From Dehalococcoidia bacterium (lineage in GTDB: Bacteria > Chloroflexota > Dehalococcoidia > Dehalococcoidales > RBG-16-60-22): DNA of 24,684 nucleotides. Where the stretch lies: positions 1 through 24,684 of the forward strand of contig JASFHJ010000001.1 in assembly GCA_050123255.1 (NCBI GenBank). The letters are read 5' to 3'. Position 1 is the first letter of the stretch, and every line of letters starts with the position of its first letter. This document shows positions 16,511-24,684 of the stretch, in pieces. The position numbers were made by a program, and so were the translations under genes. The notes beneath the pieces were generated by a model, which did no database searches, was not told where the DNA came from, and was given only the letters and a program-made list of their open reading frames with translations.

Positions 16511-19378
16511 TTATCCGTATATCACGTAGTGCGACGTACCGCCGGTAACCGTTTCACTGCGGACGGATATGATAAAGTACACCAGGTTCCAGGCATCGCC
16601 ATCGGTATACATGTCTACATGCAACACGCTGTCACCCGGTGTTAGGATGTTATCCGCCCAGAGTAATTCAAAGGTATCAATATCTACACCTTCTTCGTAA
16701 GTTCCCGGGTAAGACCTTCCGTTCCAAACATCATCGATGTCGCACTCGGGATTGGTCAGGCTTTTCGTGAGTTCGGATTGTTCACCGGTAATCTCTATAG
16801 AGGACGTGTCGGTCATCCAAGATGGGAAATCATCACCCTCGGTTATAAAGCAGGTCAGCTTGGCGGCTACTGTCTCGATAACTACTCCGTATTTATCTGT
16901 GATTGGCTCCGGTACGACAAAGTTGGTGATATCACCACCGGGAGTTCCGTCTTCATCAAAGTCTAGGCTAATACCGGGATCATCATAACCATGGAAGGCG
17001 AAATTATCGTCGCGTATATAGATATAATGTCCCGCCGTGTCCGGGCTGGCGTAGACAATGATCAGTGACCATCCAGCGTGCGAATAATGCGAATCACCGG
17101 TATGCCAAGGATCTGTCCCATTGTTTGCTTCAATATCATCCACCGTATAAAGGGCGTTGCCGGGGTAGTGCCCTGGGTCTCCTTCAGATACATACGCTTT
17201 GACCAGCGTCGTAACGTCCCGCGTGCAGGCGTAGGAGAATCCGTAGGGGTTAATCAGTTCGTTGAGCCTGACATAAGAACTGCTGGCAACTACAGGGTAC
17301 GGACCTGAAGCGGGATTACTGCCGTTAAAATATACCTGTTCGCCATCTATCTTGAAGGTAACTTCCCTGTCTACCGGACAATTCGTTATCTTAATATTAT
17401 CGATGCGGACTTTTTCTCCGGAATCTTCGCAGCCGACTACCTCAAACCTGAGTTTAAAGTCGCTGGTCGTATACTCATCGGGAAAGATATATAGGAATTC
17501 CCTCATGAAGCTTCCCTGATCTCCCCGGAAAACTTCATTGTCGATACTCCATGAAGCACCGTCGTCACCGGAAAAGGCAAAGTCAAGGCCGTCTTCCGAA
17601 GACAAGGTGCCAAGACCCGAAACCTCGATATTATCGAGGTACAAATTGTCCCAATCCCAATAATCATCAAAGCCGTAAAATTTTAATCTTACCTTGAAGC
17701 CGTTGGTCAGGTATGTCCCCGGGATTTCTATTTCATCGTGTATAGTACCGGAGAAATCGTTTCGGAAGACACGGGTATACGGGCTCCAGCTGGAACCGTT
17801 ATCGGACGAGAAAGCATACCAGAGACTATCACCATTATCGAGGTTATTCCCCGATACCTCCCATCTGTCCCAAGAGATATATGCATCACCCTGGGAGTAG
17901 CCGCTCAGGTTTGCCATACCATCTTTTAATGTTAGCTCCCGTGTCGGGCTACTATCACCTTGATCGGAATGAGCTTGGAAGCTGGTACCGGTAGGAGACC
18001 AATCCCCTCCGTTATCCCAGTTATCAAAGTTTTCACAGCCTTCGGCAAGTAACACGGCATTGACCTCGCTACCATAGTCAAAGGTAATTAATACCGATCC
18101 CGGAGTGTAGGAAGACAGATCCATGTCGTTGGTGAGGGTGAGTAATTTTGAATTCTCGCCGTCGCCGTAATAATGGCATTTATACTCGTTTGATTCCTCC
18201 TCCCAGCCTGTCGGGCTGCTATACGACCAATAGGTATTGATATTAGAGCAGGTATCTTCCATCAGTAGGTCCTTGGCGTCCTCATAACGCCAGCCCGCCC
18301 AGTAAAGGTACGCGGCAACAACATCAGCATCTTCGGGTATGGTATTCAGGTCGAAAGAGCTGGGGGTATGCCAGGCTTCACGCATTCCGTAAGTATCATT
18401 ATCATCATCCGCCAGCAACGAACCACCGATGGCAACATAATCACCGGACATGGCGTCCCCCATCTGGCGTAACTCGCATTTGGAGGAAAACGCCTGTATG
18501 GTCGTGTCTCCTGAAGTGGAGAGAATCTCGTAGAATCGGGTATCCGTATCCCAGGAAACCGGTACGTCATTAGGGTTTGTCCCGTACTCGCCAGCAATCA
18601 TGTCCGTGGTTACCCAGGCTATTGCCACCGGTAGCAGATTGGGATTATCCGCCGGAGGCGTATAATCAAAAGTAAAATTGAGCGTCATAGGCCTGGTTTC
18701 GGGGTCGACGTCGGGAAATTCATAGAAGAGTGGTTGAGTAGAAGTGTATTCCCAGACTACCGTGGAACCTCCGGGAGCATCGGCTACGGTTATTGTGTCC
18801 GGGCAATATACTTCAAAAGGACCGTCATCCTGAAGACTGCAGGAGTCGGTCACATACTCGAAACCCTGCGGCAGCCAAACTCCAAGAGAGTTAACAGTAA
18901 GGTTATCGCTGGCATCGGGCGTGAAGTCTATTTTTATGCTGTACGGATTGCCGGGGATAGCACCGGCAGTGCCTACCACCACCAGTTTTTCGGATTCGAT
19001 AATATCCCTGGCATCCTCGGCTGCCGGGGCCGGATAGTTACACGGGAACCAGACATTCCTGATCGTTACATTGGCGGTATGTTCGTTTACCTCGTCCGTT
19101 TCATAATCCCAGACGCTATAATAATCATAGGGGTCATATTCCGCACCCATGTAGTCGTATTTTATGCGCCATAGACCGTCTTCAACGCCGGCGTCGGAGG
19201 TATAGAGTTCATTGGTGCTATCCTCGTATTTTCGTCCGTTTTCCAGGGAAGTGGCCATAAAAGACATGACAGGTATAAGAGTGATACTACCCAGCATCAG
19301 GAGTATTAACACGAAAATTAATGCTGCTCCTGTTTCTTCCTTAAACCTTGCCAGTAATGCTTTTATATTTCTATTCAT
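16511..19378 (-). CDS. PilX/GspK-like modular minor pilin fused to a large acidic beta-rich adhesin region, 955 aa
   Basis: Class III signal KEETG|AALIFVLILL without Glu5. ELYTSDAGVEDGLWRI is typical of PilX N-termini. Two Asp-box-like motifs (FSSDNGSSWS, FSGDDGASWS) and DFDEDG. Confidence 0.75.
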   Translation of the reverse strand: MNRNIKALLARFKEETGAALIFVLILLMLGSITLIPVMSFMATSLENGRKYEDSTNELYTSDAGVEDGLWRIKYDYMGAEYDPYDYYSVWDYETDEVNEHTANVTIRNVWFPCNYPAPAAEDARDIIESEKLVVVGTAGAIPGNPYSIKIDFTPDASDNLTVNSLGVWLPQGFEYVTDSCSLQDDGPFEVYCPDTITVADAPGGSTVVWEYTSTQPLFYEFPDVDPETRPMTLNFTFDYTPPADNPNLLPVAIAWVTTDMIAGEYGTNPNDVPVSWDTDTRFYEILSTSGDTTIQAFSSKCELRQMGDAMSGDYVAIGGSLLADDDNDTYGMREAWHTPSSFDLNTIPEDADVVAAYLYWAGWRYEDAKDLLMEDTCSNINTYWSYSSPTGWEEESNEYKCHYYGDGENSKLLTLTNDMDLSSYTPGSVLITFDYGSEVNAVLLAEGCENFDNWDNGGDWSPTGTSFQAHSDQGDSSPTRELTLKDGMANLSGYSQGDAYISWDRWEVSGNNLDNGDSLWYAFSSDNGSSWSPYTRVFRNDFSGTIHDEIEIPGTYLTNGFKVRLKFYGFDDYWDWDNLYLDNIEVSGLGTLSSEDGLDFAFSGDDGASWSIDNEVFRGDQGSFMREFLYIFPDEYTTSDFKLRFEVVGCEDSGEKVRIDNIKITNCPVDREVTFKIDGEQVYFNGSNPASGPYPVVASSSYVRLNELINPYGFSYACTRDVTTLVKAYVSEGDPGHYPGNALYTVDDIEANNGTDPWHTGDSHYSHAGWSLIIVYASPDTAGHYIYIRDDNFAFHGYDDPGISLDFDEDGTPGGDITNFVVPEPITDKYGVVIETVAAKLTCFITEGDDFPSWMTDTSSIEITGEQSELTKSLTNPECDIDDVWNGRSYPGTYEEGVDIDTFELLWADNILTPGDSVLHVDMYTDGDAWNLVYFIISVRSETVTGGTSHYVIYG

Positions 19379-19408
19379 AGCGATACCTCAACGCAGATTC
19401 GTAAGCAC

Positions 19409-19960
19409 TTAAATGCCCGGGCGAGAAGTCACCTGTAATTCCTTGGTGAAGTCTATTACCAGGTCTCCCTCCCCGACGCTACTGGTTATTTTTATTGTCA
19501 GTACATCGTTATTATAAGAACAATTTGTCATCGATGGGTCGCTGTTGATGTATTCCGCTATCATGGTGGTCACGGCAGAGCTACCGTTCACGGAGTAGCT
19601 TCGCTTCAGTATATCACCCTGTAGAAAGTATGTTGCGATATGCTCGGAATTGTCCCATTGCGTCCAACTTATCACCAGGTTATCAGAAGCGGGGAAGCCG
19701 GCGGTTCCGTTAATTGAATGAGACATCTGGGCGTCCCGGATTATCCAGTGACCGGCGTTAAGAGCCTCACGGGTGGCTAGTGTGTAATCGTTATTCCTGG
19801 CTGTTTGTGTCATTATTTGGGCGTTGGTTACGGTAGCGCCCAGTGAAATTAGAGAGATAAGAACCAGGGCGACCGTCATTTCGATCATCGTAAAACCGTG
19901 CTGGTTGTTCTTAATTATTTTGATTATACGCGGTATTATTTTCATCGCTGAAACCGTCAT
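19409..19960 (-). CDS. Type IV minor pilin / pseudopilin (PilW-like position)
   Basis: NQHG|FTMIEMTVALVLI with Glu5. ATG 19960 overlaps the upstream TGA; ATG 19945 is an alternative start. Confidence 0.85.
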   Translation of the reverse strand: MTVSAMKIIPRIIKIIKNNQHGFTMIEMTVALVLISLISLGATVTNAQIMTQTARNNDYTLATREALNAGHWIIRDAQMSHSINGTAGFPASDNLVISWTQWDNSEHIATYFLQGDILKRSYSVNGSSAVTTMIAEYINSDPSMTNCSYNNDVLTIKITSSVGEGDLVIDFTKELQVTSRPGI

Positions 19961-20319
19961 CAATCGTTACGATTGACCTTGAAACTCTCCAGGGTAAATA
20001 CCTCGTCGCCGTAATGATGTATGGCTACCGTAAGCTTCTGGAGATTGTAGTAATAATCCTCAACGGTAAGGTTGGTGGTATATCCGTCATAGCCGTCCAA
20101 CGTAATCAGGGCGTAGGCGGTATAGTTGTCGGTATAATTCTGCTTTTTAAGGTTTTCCATCTGGGCTTCGGCGAGGATTTTGGCATTTACCCTTTCCTCG
20201 GCCAGAACCCTTGAGGTAGTGGTAGATCCCAGGCCGCTTAAAAAGGCTACGCTGATAACAGCCATCAATCCCAGGGCTACAACAGTCTCAATAAGTGTGA
20301 TTCCCTTTTCACTTTTCAT
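19960..20319 (-). CDS. Type IV minor pilin / pseudopilin (PilV-like position)
   Basis: MKSEKG|ITLIETVVALGLMAVI with Glu5. AKILAEAQMENLK helix. Confidence 0.85.
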   Translation of the reverse strand: MKSEKGITLIETVVALGLMAVISVAFLSGLGSTTTSRVLAEERVNAKILAEAQMENLKKQNYTDNYTAYALITLDGYDGYTTNLTVEDYYYNLQKLTVAIHHYGDEVFTLESFKVNRND

Positions 20320-20401
20320 CGATCACGCCCACAGCAACTCATATCCGGGTGTAAATACACGTCGGGATATATTAACTTTTCTTAACATTGTCTCTACTTG
20401 A

Positions 20402-20430
20402 ATTATCATTTGCCACCTGTTTGGCGTAAA
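20402..20430 (-). promoter_or_regulatory. Candidate promoter of the pilin cluster
   Basis: On the minus strand: TTTACG, 17 nt, GATAAT. Confidence 0.45.
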
Positions 20431-20539
20431 TAGTCCTTTAGTAGTATGTGTTCATAACTTAAGTACTAAACGTTAAAATCGGGTAAAATGTTGGTAGAAA
20501 AAAGGTATAAAAGACCGGAATACAGTATCAAACAGGTGG
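20413..20539. repeat. 11-bp perfect inverted repeat flanking 105 bp
   Basis: CCACCTGTTTG (20413-20423) and CAAACAGGTGG (20529-20539). Confidence 0.7.
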
Positions 20540-20628
20540 GAAAAGTGAAGCTAAGTGAACTGACGAAGGAATTGAAAGAAGTCTTTGTTGGGTATAATAT
20601 CGAGTAGGAAATCAGTGGAGGAGAAAAG

Positions 20629-21396
20629 ATGGCGGATAGTGACGACTCGTCGCGGATACCCCGGCTCTACGGCGATCTGGCGGAGTGGTTCCACCTGTTG
20701 ACTCCCCCGGAAGATTATGCCGATGAAGCGGCTTTCTACCGGGAAACACTCATGAAAAACAGCCGGAGGCCCCTCAGGACGGTGCTGGAACTGGGCAGCG
20801 GCGGCGGGAACAACGCTTCGTATCTCAAGAAAGATTTCGAGATGACGCTGGTGGACCTCTCCGGGTCTATGCTGGATATCAGCCGCCGTATAAATCCGGA
20901 GTGCGAGCACCTTCAAGGAGATATGAGGGACGTACGACTGAACCGGCAATTCGACGCCGTATTCATCCATGACGCCATCAGCTATATAACTACTGAAGAA
21001 GATCTGGCCAGGGCAATTGAAACCGCATGTATTCACTGTTTACCCGGTGGAGTGGCCCTATTCTCACCTGATCATACCCGGGAAACTTACGCGCCATCGA
21101 CGAGTCACGGCGGGACCGATTCTGGTAACCGGGGACTGCGCTATCTGGAGTGGATATGGGACCCTGACCCGAGTGACAGCACCTACTTCACGGACATGGT
21201 CTATATGATGAAAGACGGGGATAATATCGATTGCCAGCGCGACCGGCATGTCATGGGTCTTTTCAGCAACGATACCTGGCTGCGGTTGATCGAAGACGTC
21301 GGTTTCACCCCTGCTATGGAGCAGTATCGGCTAGACGAGGATCCACCCGTCGATATACACGTATTTCTCGGTCTCAAGCCGGAAACCGGTGAATGA
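20629..21396 (+). CDS. Class I SAM-dependent methyltransferase
   Basis: GGAGG SD. Motifs VLELGSGGG, LVDLS, GDMRDVRL and FDAVFIHDA. Confidence 0.9.
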   Translation: MADSDDSSRIPRLYGDLAEWFHLLTPPEDYADEAAFYRETLMKNSRRPLRTVLELGSGGGNNASYLKKDFEMTLVDLSGSMLDISRRINPECEHLQGDMRDVRLNRQFDAVFIHDAISYITTEEDLARAIETACIHCLPGGVALFSPDHTRETYAPSTSHGGTDSGNRGLRYLEWIWDPDPSDSTYFTDMVYMMKDGDNIDCQRDRHVMGLFSNDTWLRLIEDVGFTPAMEQYRLDEDPPVDIHVFLGLKPETGE

Positions 21397-21400
21397 CGTA

Positions 21401-21429
21401 TTTACATCGCACTCACTTTGTGCTAGATT
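21401..21429 (+). promoter_or_regulatory. Candidate promoter of the erm-like transcript
   Basis: TTTACA, 17 nt, (TGC)TAGATT, implying a leader of about 280 nt. Confidence 0.55.
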
Positions 21430-21465
21430 AAACAGGTCAATTATTCGCATCAAAGGAATTCACCC

Positions 21466-21504
21466 ATGAGAGAAATCGGTAGAAGAAGAGCCAACCGCGG
21501 ATAG
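21466..21504 (+). CDS. Putative erm leader peptide MREIGRRRANRG
   Basis: AAAGGA SD 8 nt upstream of ATG. R-R-R at codons 6-8 fits the R/K-x-R/K macrolide-arrest motif. Confidence 0.5.
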   Translation: MREIGRRRANRG

Positions 21505-21715
21505 GTTCCCGGTAGTCTCTATACTTTACAGAAATAAGCAGGGATATGCTCTTGTTACTGCCGATGTAGTCATGGCTTCGGTTTATTTCGTCCGATAACC
21601 CTTTTCGCCCGATTGCATTTATCTGTGTAGCCGTATTTCACCCCTGGTTTTCAAATCTATAGCGCTGCCGGGAGCTGGAAGCGATCACCAAACTTTTCAG
21701 CTTCAGGGGAGTGCT

Positions 21716-22504
21716 ATGAATCACCATAAAAACAATCATGTACATGCGCATTATTCTCAGAATGAGATCATCAATAAAGGCTTGATACAGAAACTGGTCG
21801 ATCAGTCCGGCATCGATAAAGGAGACCTCGTTTACGATATCGGCGCGGGTACCGGCAATATCACGGCAGCACTGCTAAAGAAAGGCGCTGAAGTCGTTGC
21901 TGTGGAGAAGGACGGGAGGCTCTTTCAAAAACTGGAGCGGCGCTTTGCCGCTGGTGATAGGGCCAGATTGCTTCACGCAGATTTTCTGGATATGGCTTTA
22001 CCTCTCGCCGGCGATTACAAAATATTCGCCAATATACCCTTTTTCCATACCGCCGAAATCATAAAAAAGTTACTCTTCAATAAAGCCCCGCCGGAAGACT
22101 GCTACCTGGTGGTACAGAAGGAGGCGGCGGAGAAGTATGCGGGTATTCCCGCGGATACGCTGGTATCGCTGCTGATAAAACCGCTGTTCTGGGTGGATAT
22201 TCTCCATCATTTCAAGCGGAAGGATTTCTTTCCTCCTCCGGCGGTTGATATTGTACTGATACAATTCGAGCGTCGAAGATGTCCCTTGATAGCCGGACCT
22301 CGCTACGAGCTGTACCGCGACTTCGTCGTTAAATGCCGGGAGGGTAAGGACCGTTTCCTCAAGCAGATATTGAAGGATTATATCAGCTTTCCACAGATGA
22401 AAAACGTCTTCCGGCTGCTGCGTATTGACTACCGCGCCCGTCCGGCTGAACTGGATTTCCGGCAGTATCTGGGACTGTTCCAGTATTACCTGGACAAATC
22501 GTAA
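21716..22504 (+). CDS. erm: Erm-like rRNA adenine N6-methyltransferase (Erm/KsgA family)
   Basis: YSQN at the N-terminus, DIGAGTG, AVEKD, DFL, ANIPF, VVQKEAAEK and FFPPPAVD. 262 aa. AGGGGA SD. Confidence 0.72.
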   Translation: MNHHKNNHVHAHYSQNEIINKGLIQKLVDQSGIDKGDLVYDIGAGTGNITAALLKKGAEVVAVEKDGRLFQKLERRFAAGDRARLLHADFLDMALPLAGDYKIFANIPFFHTAEIIKKLLFNKAPPEDCYLVVQKEAAEKYAGIPADTLVSLLIKPLFWVDILHHFKRKDFFPPPAVDIVLIQFERRRCPLIAGPRYELYRDFVVKCREGKDRFLKQILKDYISFPQMKNVFRLLRIDYRARPAELDFRQYLGLFQYYLDKS

Positions 22505-22675
22505 GTCGGCAGGTTGCTCAGGAAGAACCCGGGTATTGGAATATATGAAAAAATTACATTAAATAATTATAATAAACCATCAGTATATACGTTCTCGTTC
22601 TTGACAAAGTTATAACAGTTTTGAATAATTATCGTGGTTCTTTATGGGTAAAATCTCGATGGAGGGTGATTACTG

Positions 22676-23707
22676 ATGAAAGCATTACGCTTGTACGGCA
22701 GGCGAGACCTGCGTTATGATGATGTACCCGAGCCTTCTCCCGGCCCCGGGCAGCTCAAGATAAAGGTATCCCTGGCGGGTATCTGCGGCAGCGATATCAA
22801 GGTATATACCAGCGGGTCGGTAATGATTCCGCCGGAAAGAGTGCCCCTGACCATAGGGCATGAATACGTCGGGCGGGTGGCCGAAGTGGGTGAGGGTGTT
22901 ACCGGCTTCGAAATCGGCGACCGCGTTAGCGGCGTGGGGAACTGGTACTGCGGCGAGTGCTACTGTTGCAAAAAGGGCTATTACAATATCTGCATAAACC
23001 AGAACTTTATAGGATTGAGTTCCGAAGGCTGCTTTGCCGAATATTTCGTTATCCCGGCTTATTCCTGCTATAGGTTGCCGGAATCGGTATCCGATGAGGC
23101 CGGTGCCATGGTGGAACCTCTGGCAGTCGCCCTGCATGCTGTGCGTAAGGGTAACGTCCAACTGGGAGATACCGTGGCCATTGTCGGGGACGGCACTATC
23201 GGGCTTTGTGCTCTGGCGGCGGCCCGTGTCGCCGGGGCTTCGGCGGTCTATCTCATAGCCAAGCACCGGGGACGGGGCGAACTCGCCCGGAAGATGGGGG
23301 TAAACGAGGTCATTTACATCGATGAAGGTGAACCGGTGGAACGACTTGAAAAACTCACCGGCGGCATTGGCGCTGACGTCGTCCTGGAGTGTGTCGGCAG
23401 GCCGGAAACTCCCCAACTGGCAGTGAACCTGACCCGCCGGCATGGCGTCGTGGTTATCGTCGGAGTCTTCGCCGAGCCGGGATTAATGGACTTCGGCACG
23501 ATATTGTTCACCGAAAGGTCGATTGTCGGCAGTTCTATTTATATCGATGAAGGCCGGACCGCTGTCGACCTCATGTCTGACGGCAGAATCGACCCCACTC
23601 CCATGATTACCTCTACCGTTCCCCTGGAAAACGCCGTTCGGGAAGGATTTGATAAGTTAATCGATAACAAAGAAGATAATATCAAGATACTGTTGAAAGT
23701 TTCTTGA
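22676..23707 (+). CDS. Zinc-dependent (MDR) alcohol dehydrogenase, 2,3-butanediol/sorbitol dehydrogenase-like
   Basis: Motifs GICGSD, GHE, structural Zn CGECYCCKKGYYNIC, VEPLAVALHA and GDGTIG. Confidence 0.92.
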   Translation: MKALRLYGRRDLRYDDVPEPSPGPGQLKIKVSLAGICGSDIKVYTSGSVMIPPERVPLTIGHEYVGRVAEVGEGVTGFEIGDRVSGVGNWYCGECYCCKKGYYNICINQNFIGLSSEGCFAEYFVIPAYSCYRLPESVSDEAGAMVEPLAVALHAVRKGNVQLGDTVAIVGDGTIGLCALAAARVAGASAVYLIAKHRGRGELARKMGVNEVIYIDEGEPVERLEKLTGGIGADVVLECVGRPETPQLAVNLTRRHGVVVIVGVFAEPGLMDFGTILFTERSIVGSSIYIDEGRTAVDLMSDGRIDPTPMITSTVPLENAVREGFDKLIDNKEDNIKILLKVS

Positions 23708-23763
23708 TGTATATTTAAACATTGTCTTACAATAAGCATGGCTAAAAATTTAGGAGGAAAACA

Positions 23764-24684
23764 GTGATTAACAAGCAGATATACGAATTCCCCATCGTTT
23801 ATACCAACCCTATTCCCAAGATAGCTTTAGGATGGGGTGCCCACGAGACCGTGGCGGACGAGTGTAAATCGGCCGGTATCAAGAAAGCCCTTATCGTGAC
23901 TTCGGGGCTCAAGGGGTCCGGCATCGTCGACGAGATTAAGTCCAGCCTGGAATATAACGGCGTTGCCGTGGATGTGTACGATAAGGTCACCTCAAATCCC
24001 AAGGACTACCAGGTGATGGAAGCCTATCAGGCGTTTATGGACAGTAAAAGCGACGGCGTGGTAGCCATCGGCGGCGGCAGCTCGATAGATACCGGCAAGG
24101 GTCTGCGCGTTGTCGCGGCCAACGGCGGCGGAGAAGTGACCGACTTCATCGCCCTCATCGACCCTCCCTGGATGGAAACGCTGGCAAAACTGAAACCCTG
24201 CACCATCCCCCAGATTTCCGTCGCTACCACTTCCGGCACCGGCGCCGAGGTAACCTCCTGGGCGGCCATCAGCGATACCAAGAGAAAAGCCAAGGTGCTC
24301 GTCAGCGCTCCTAACGTTCATTCCACCGTGGCGGTTATAGACCCGCTTCTTGCCAGGCTTCAACCGAAGCAGTTCGCCGCCTGGACGGGTTTCGACGCCC
24401 TGGCGCACGGCTTCGAGGCTTTCGTTACCAAGGTTCAGGGCCCTTACGCTTACGGCATACTGCTGCGGGCGATAGAATTGATATACAATAATCTTCGCGA
24501 CTTCGTTTTCAACCGCATGAACAACGTTGCCTGCGAGCGCATGTGCTGGGCGTCGACCATGGGCGGTATCGGTATCGGTTTCGGGGCTGGAGCCGGCATC
24601 GTGCACGGTCTCGGTCACCAGATAAGCGCTCTGAAAGACATCCATCACGGTCGTATCAACGCGGTCTTGACGCTCGCCGGGGAA
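23764..24684 (+). CDS. Iron-containing (group III) alcohol dehydrogenase, 3'-truncated; absent from the ORF track
   Basis: AGGAGG SD, GTG 23764, frame open to the window end. Motifs IGGGSSID, TTSGTGAE, FDALAHGFE, GIVHGLGH and HHG. Confidence 0.92.
   Translation, partial: MINKQIYEFPIVYTNPIPKIALGWGAHETVADECKSAGIKKALIVTSGLKGSGIVDEIKSSLEYNGVAVDVYDKVTSNPKDYQVMEAYQAFMDSKSDGVVAIGGGSSIDTGKGLRVVAANGGGEVTDFIALIDPPWMETLAKLKPCTIPQISVATTSGTGAEVTSWAAISDTKRKAKVLVSAPNVHSTVAVIDPLLARLQPKQFAAWTGFDALAHGFEAFVTKVQGPYAYGILLRAIELIYNNLRDFVFNRMNNVACERMCWASTMGGIGIGFGAGAGIVHGLGHQISALKDIHHGRINAVLTLAGE

Noticed and set aside
20323-20388. uORF MLRKVNISRRVFTPGYELLWA ending in TGA in frame with the first pilin; possible Sec readthrough
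   Set aside because: No SECIS-like hairpin after the TGA, no SD, and MKSEKG is already a complete class III leader.
23992-24648. 218-aa minus-strand ORF
   Set aside because: Shadow of the plus-strand Fe-ADH, which has an SD and all family motifs.

Overview
Chromosomal window of a moderately GC-rich bacterium, inferred to be Chloroflexota/Dehalococcoidia-like from the style of HrcA, the DnaK C-terminus and the MBL hydrolase (no search was run). Left to right: end of a sulfatase-like gene, a SnoaL/NTF2 protein, a lower-GC stand-alone DnaJ-type zinc-finger gene, and hrcA-grpE-dnaK with a variant CIRCE. Next come an MBL hydrolase, an alpha/beta hydrolase, and a LysR / yedF-like / selD selenium module in which selD has an in-frame UGA and a SECIS hairpin. 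Then an orphan parA with a small RHH-like partner, a four-gene DUF2089 operon, an SDR, a three-gene ABC-2 exporter, and a three-gene type IV minor-pilin cluster ending in a 955-aa PilX-like adhesin. The window ends with a SAM methyltransferase, an erm-like rRNA methylase behind an attenuator-like leader, a Zn-ADH and a partial Fe-ADH. Most notable unexplained signals: (1) a three-unit, 8-bp-period array (core CGTAATTGCGCAA) found three times, once filling the parA promoter spacer; (2) a domain nested inside its own homologue in the adhesin; (3) an erm leader with an MREIGRRR uORF and alternative SD pairings; (4) an 11-bp inverted repeat in the pilin promoter. No tRNA, rRNA, CRISPR array or transposase was seen.
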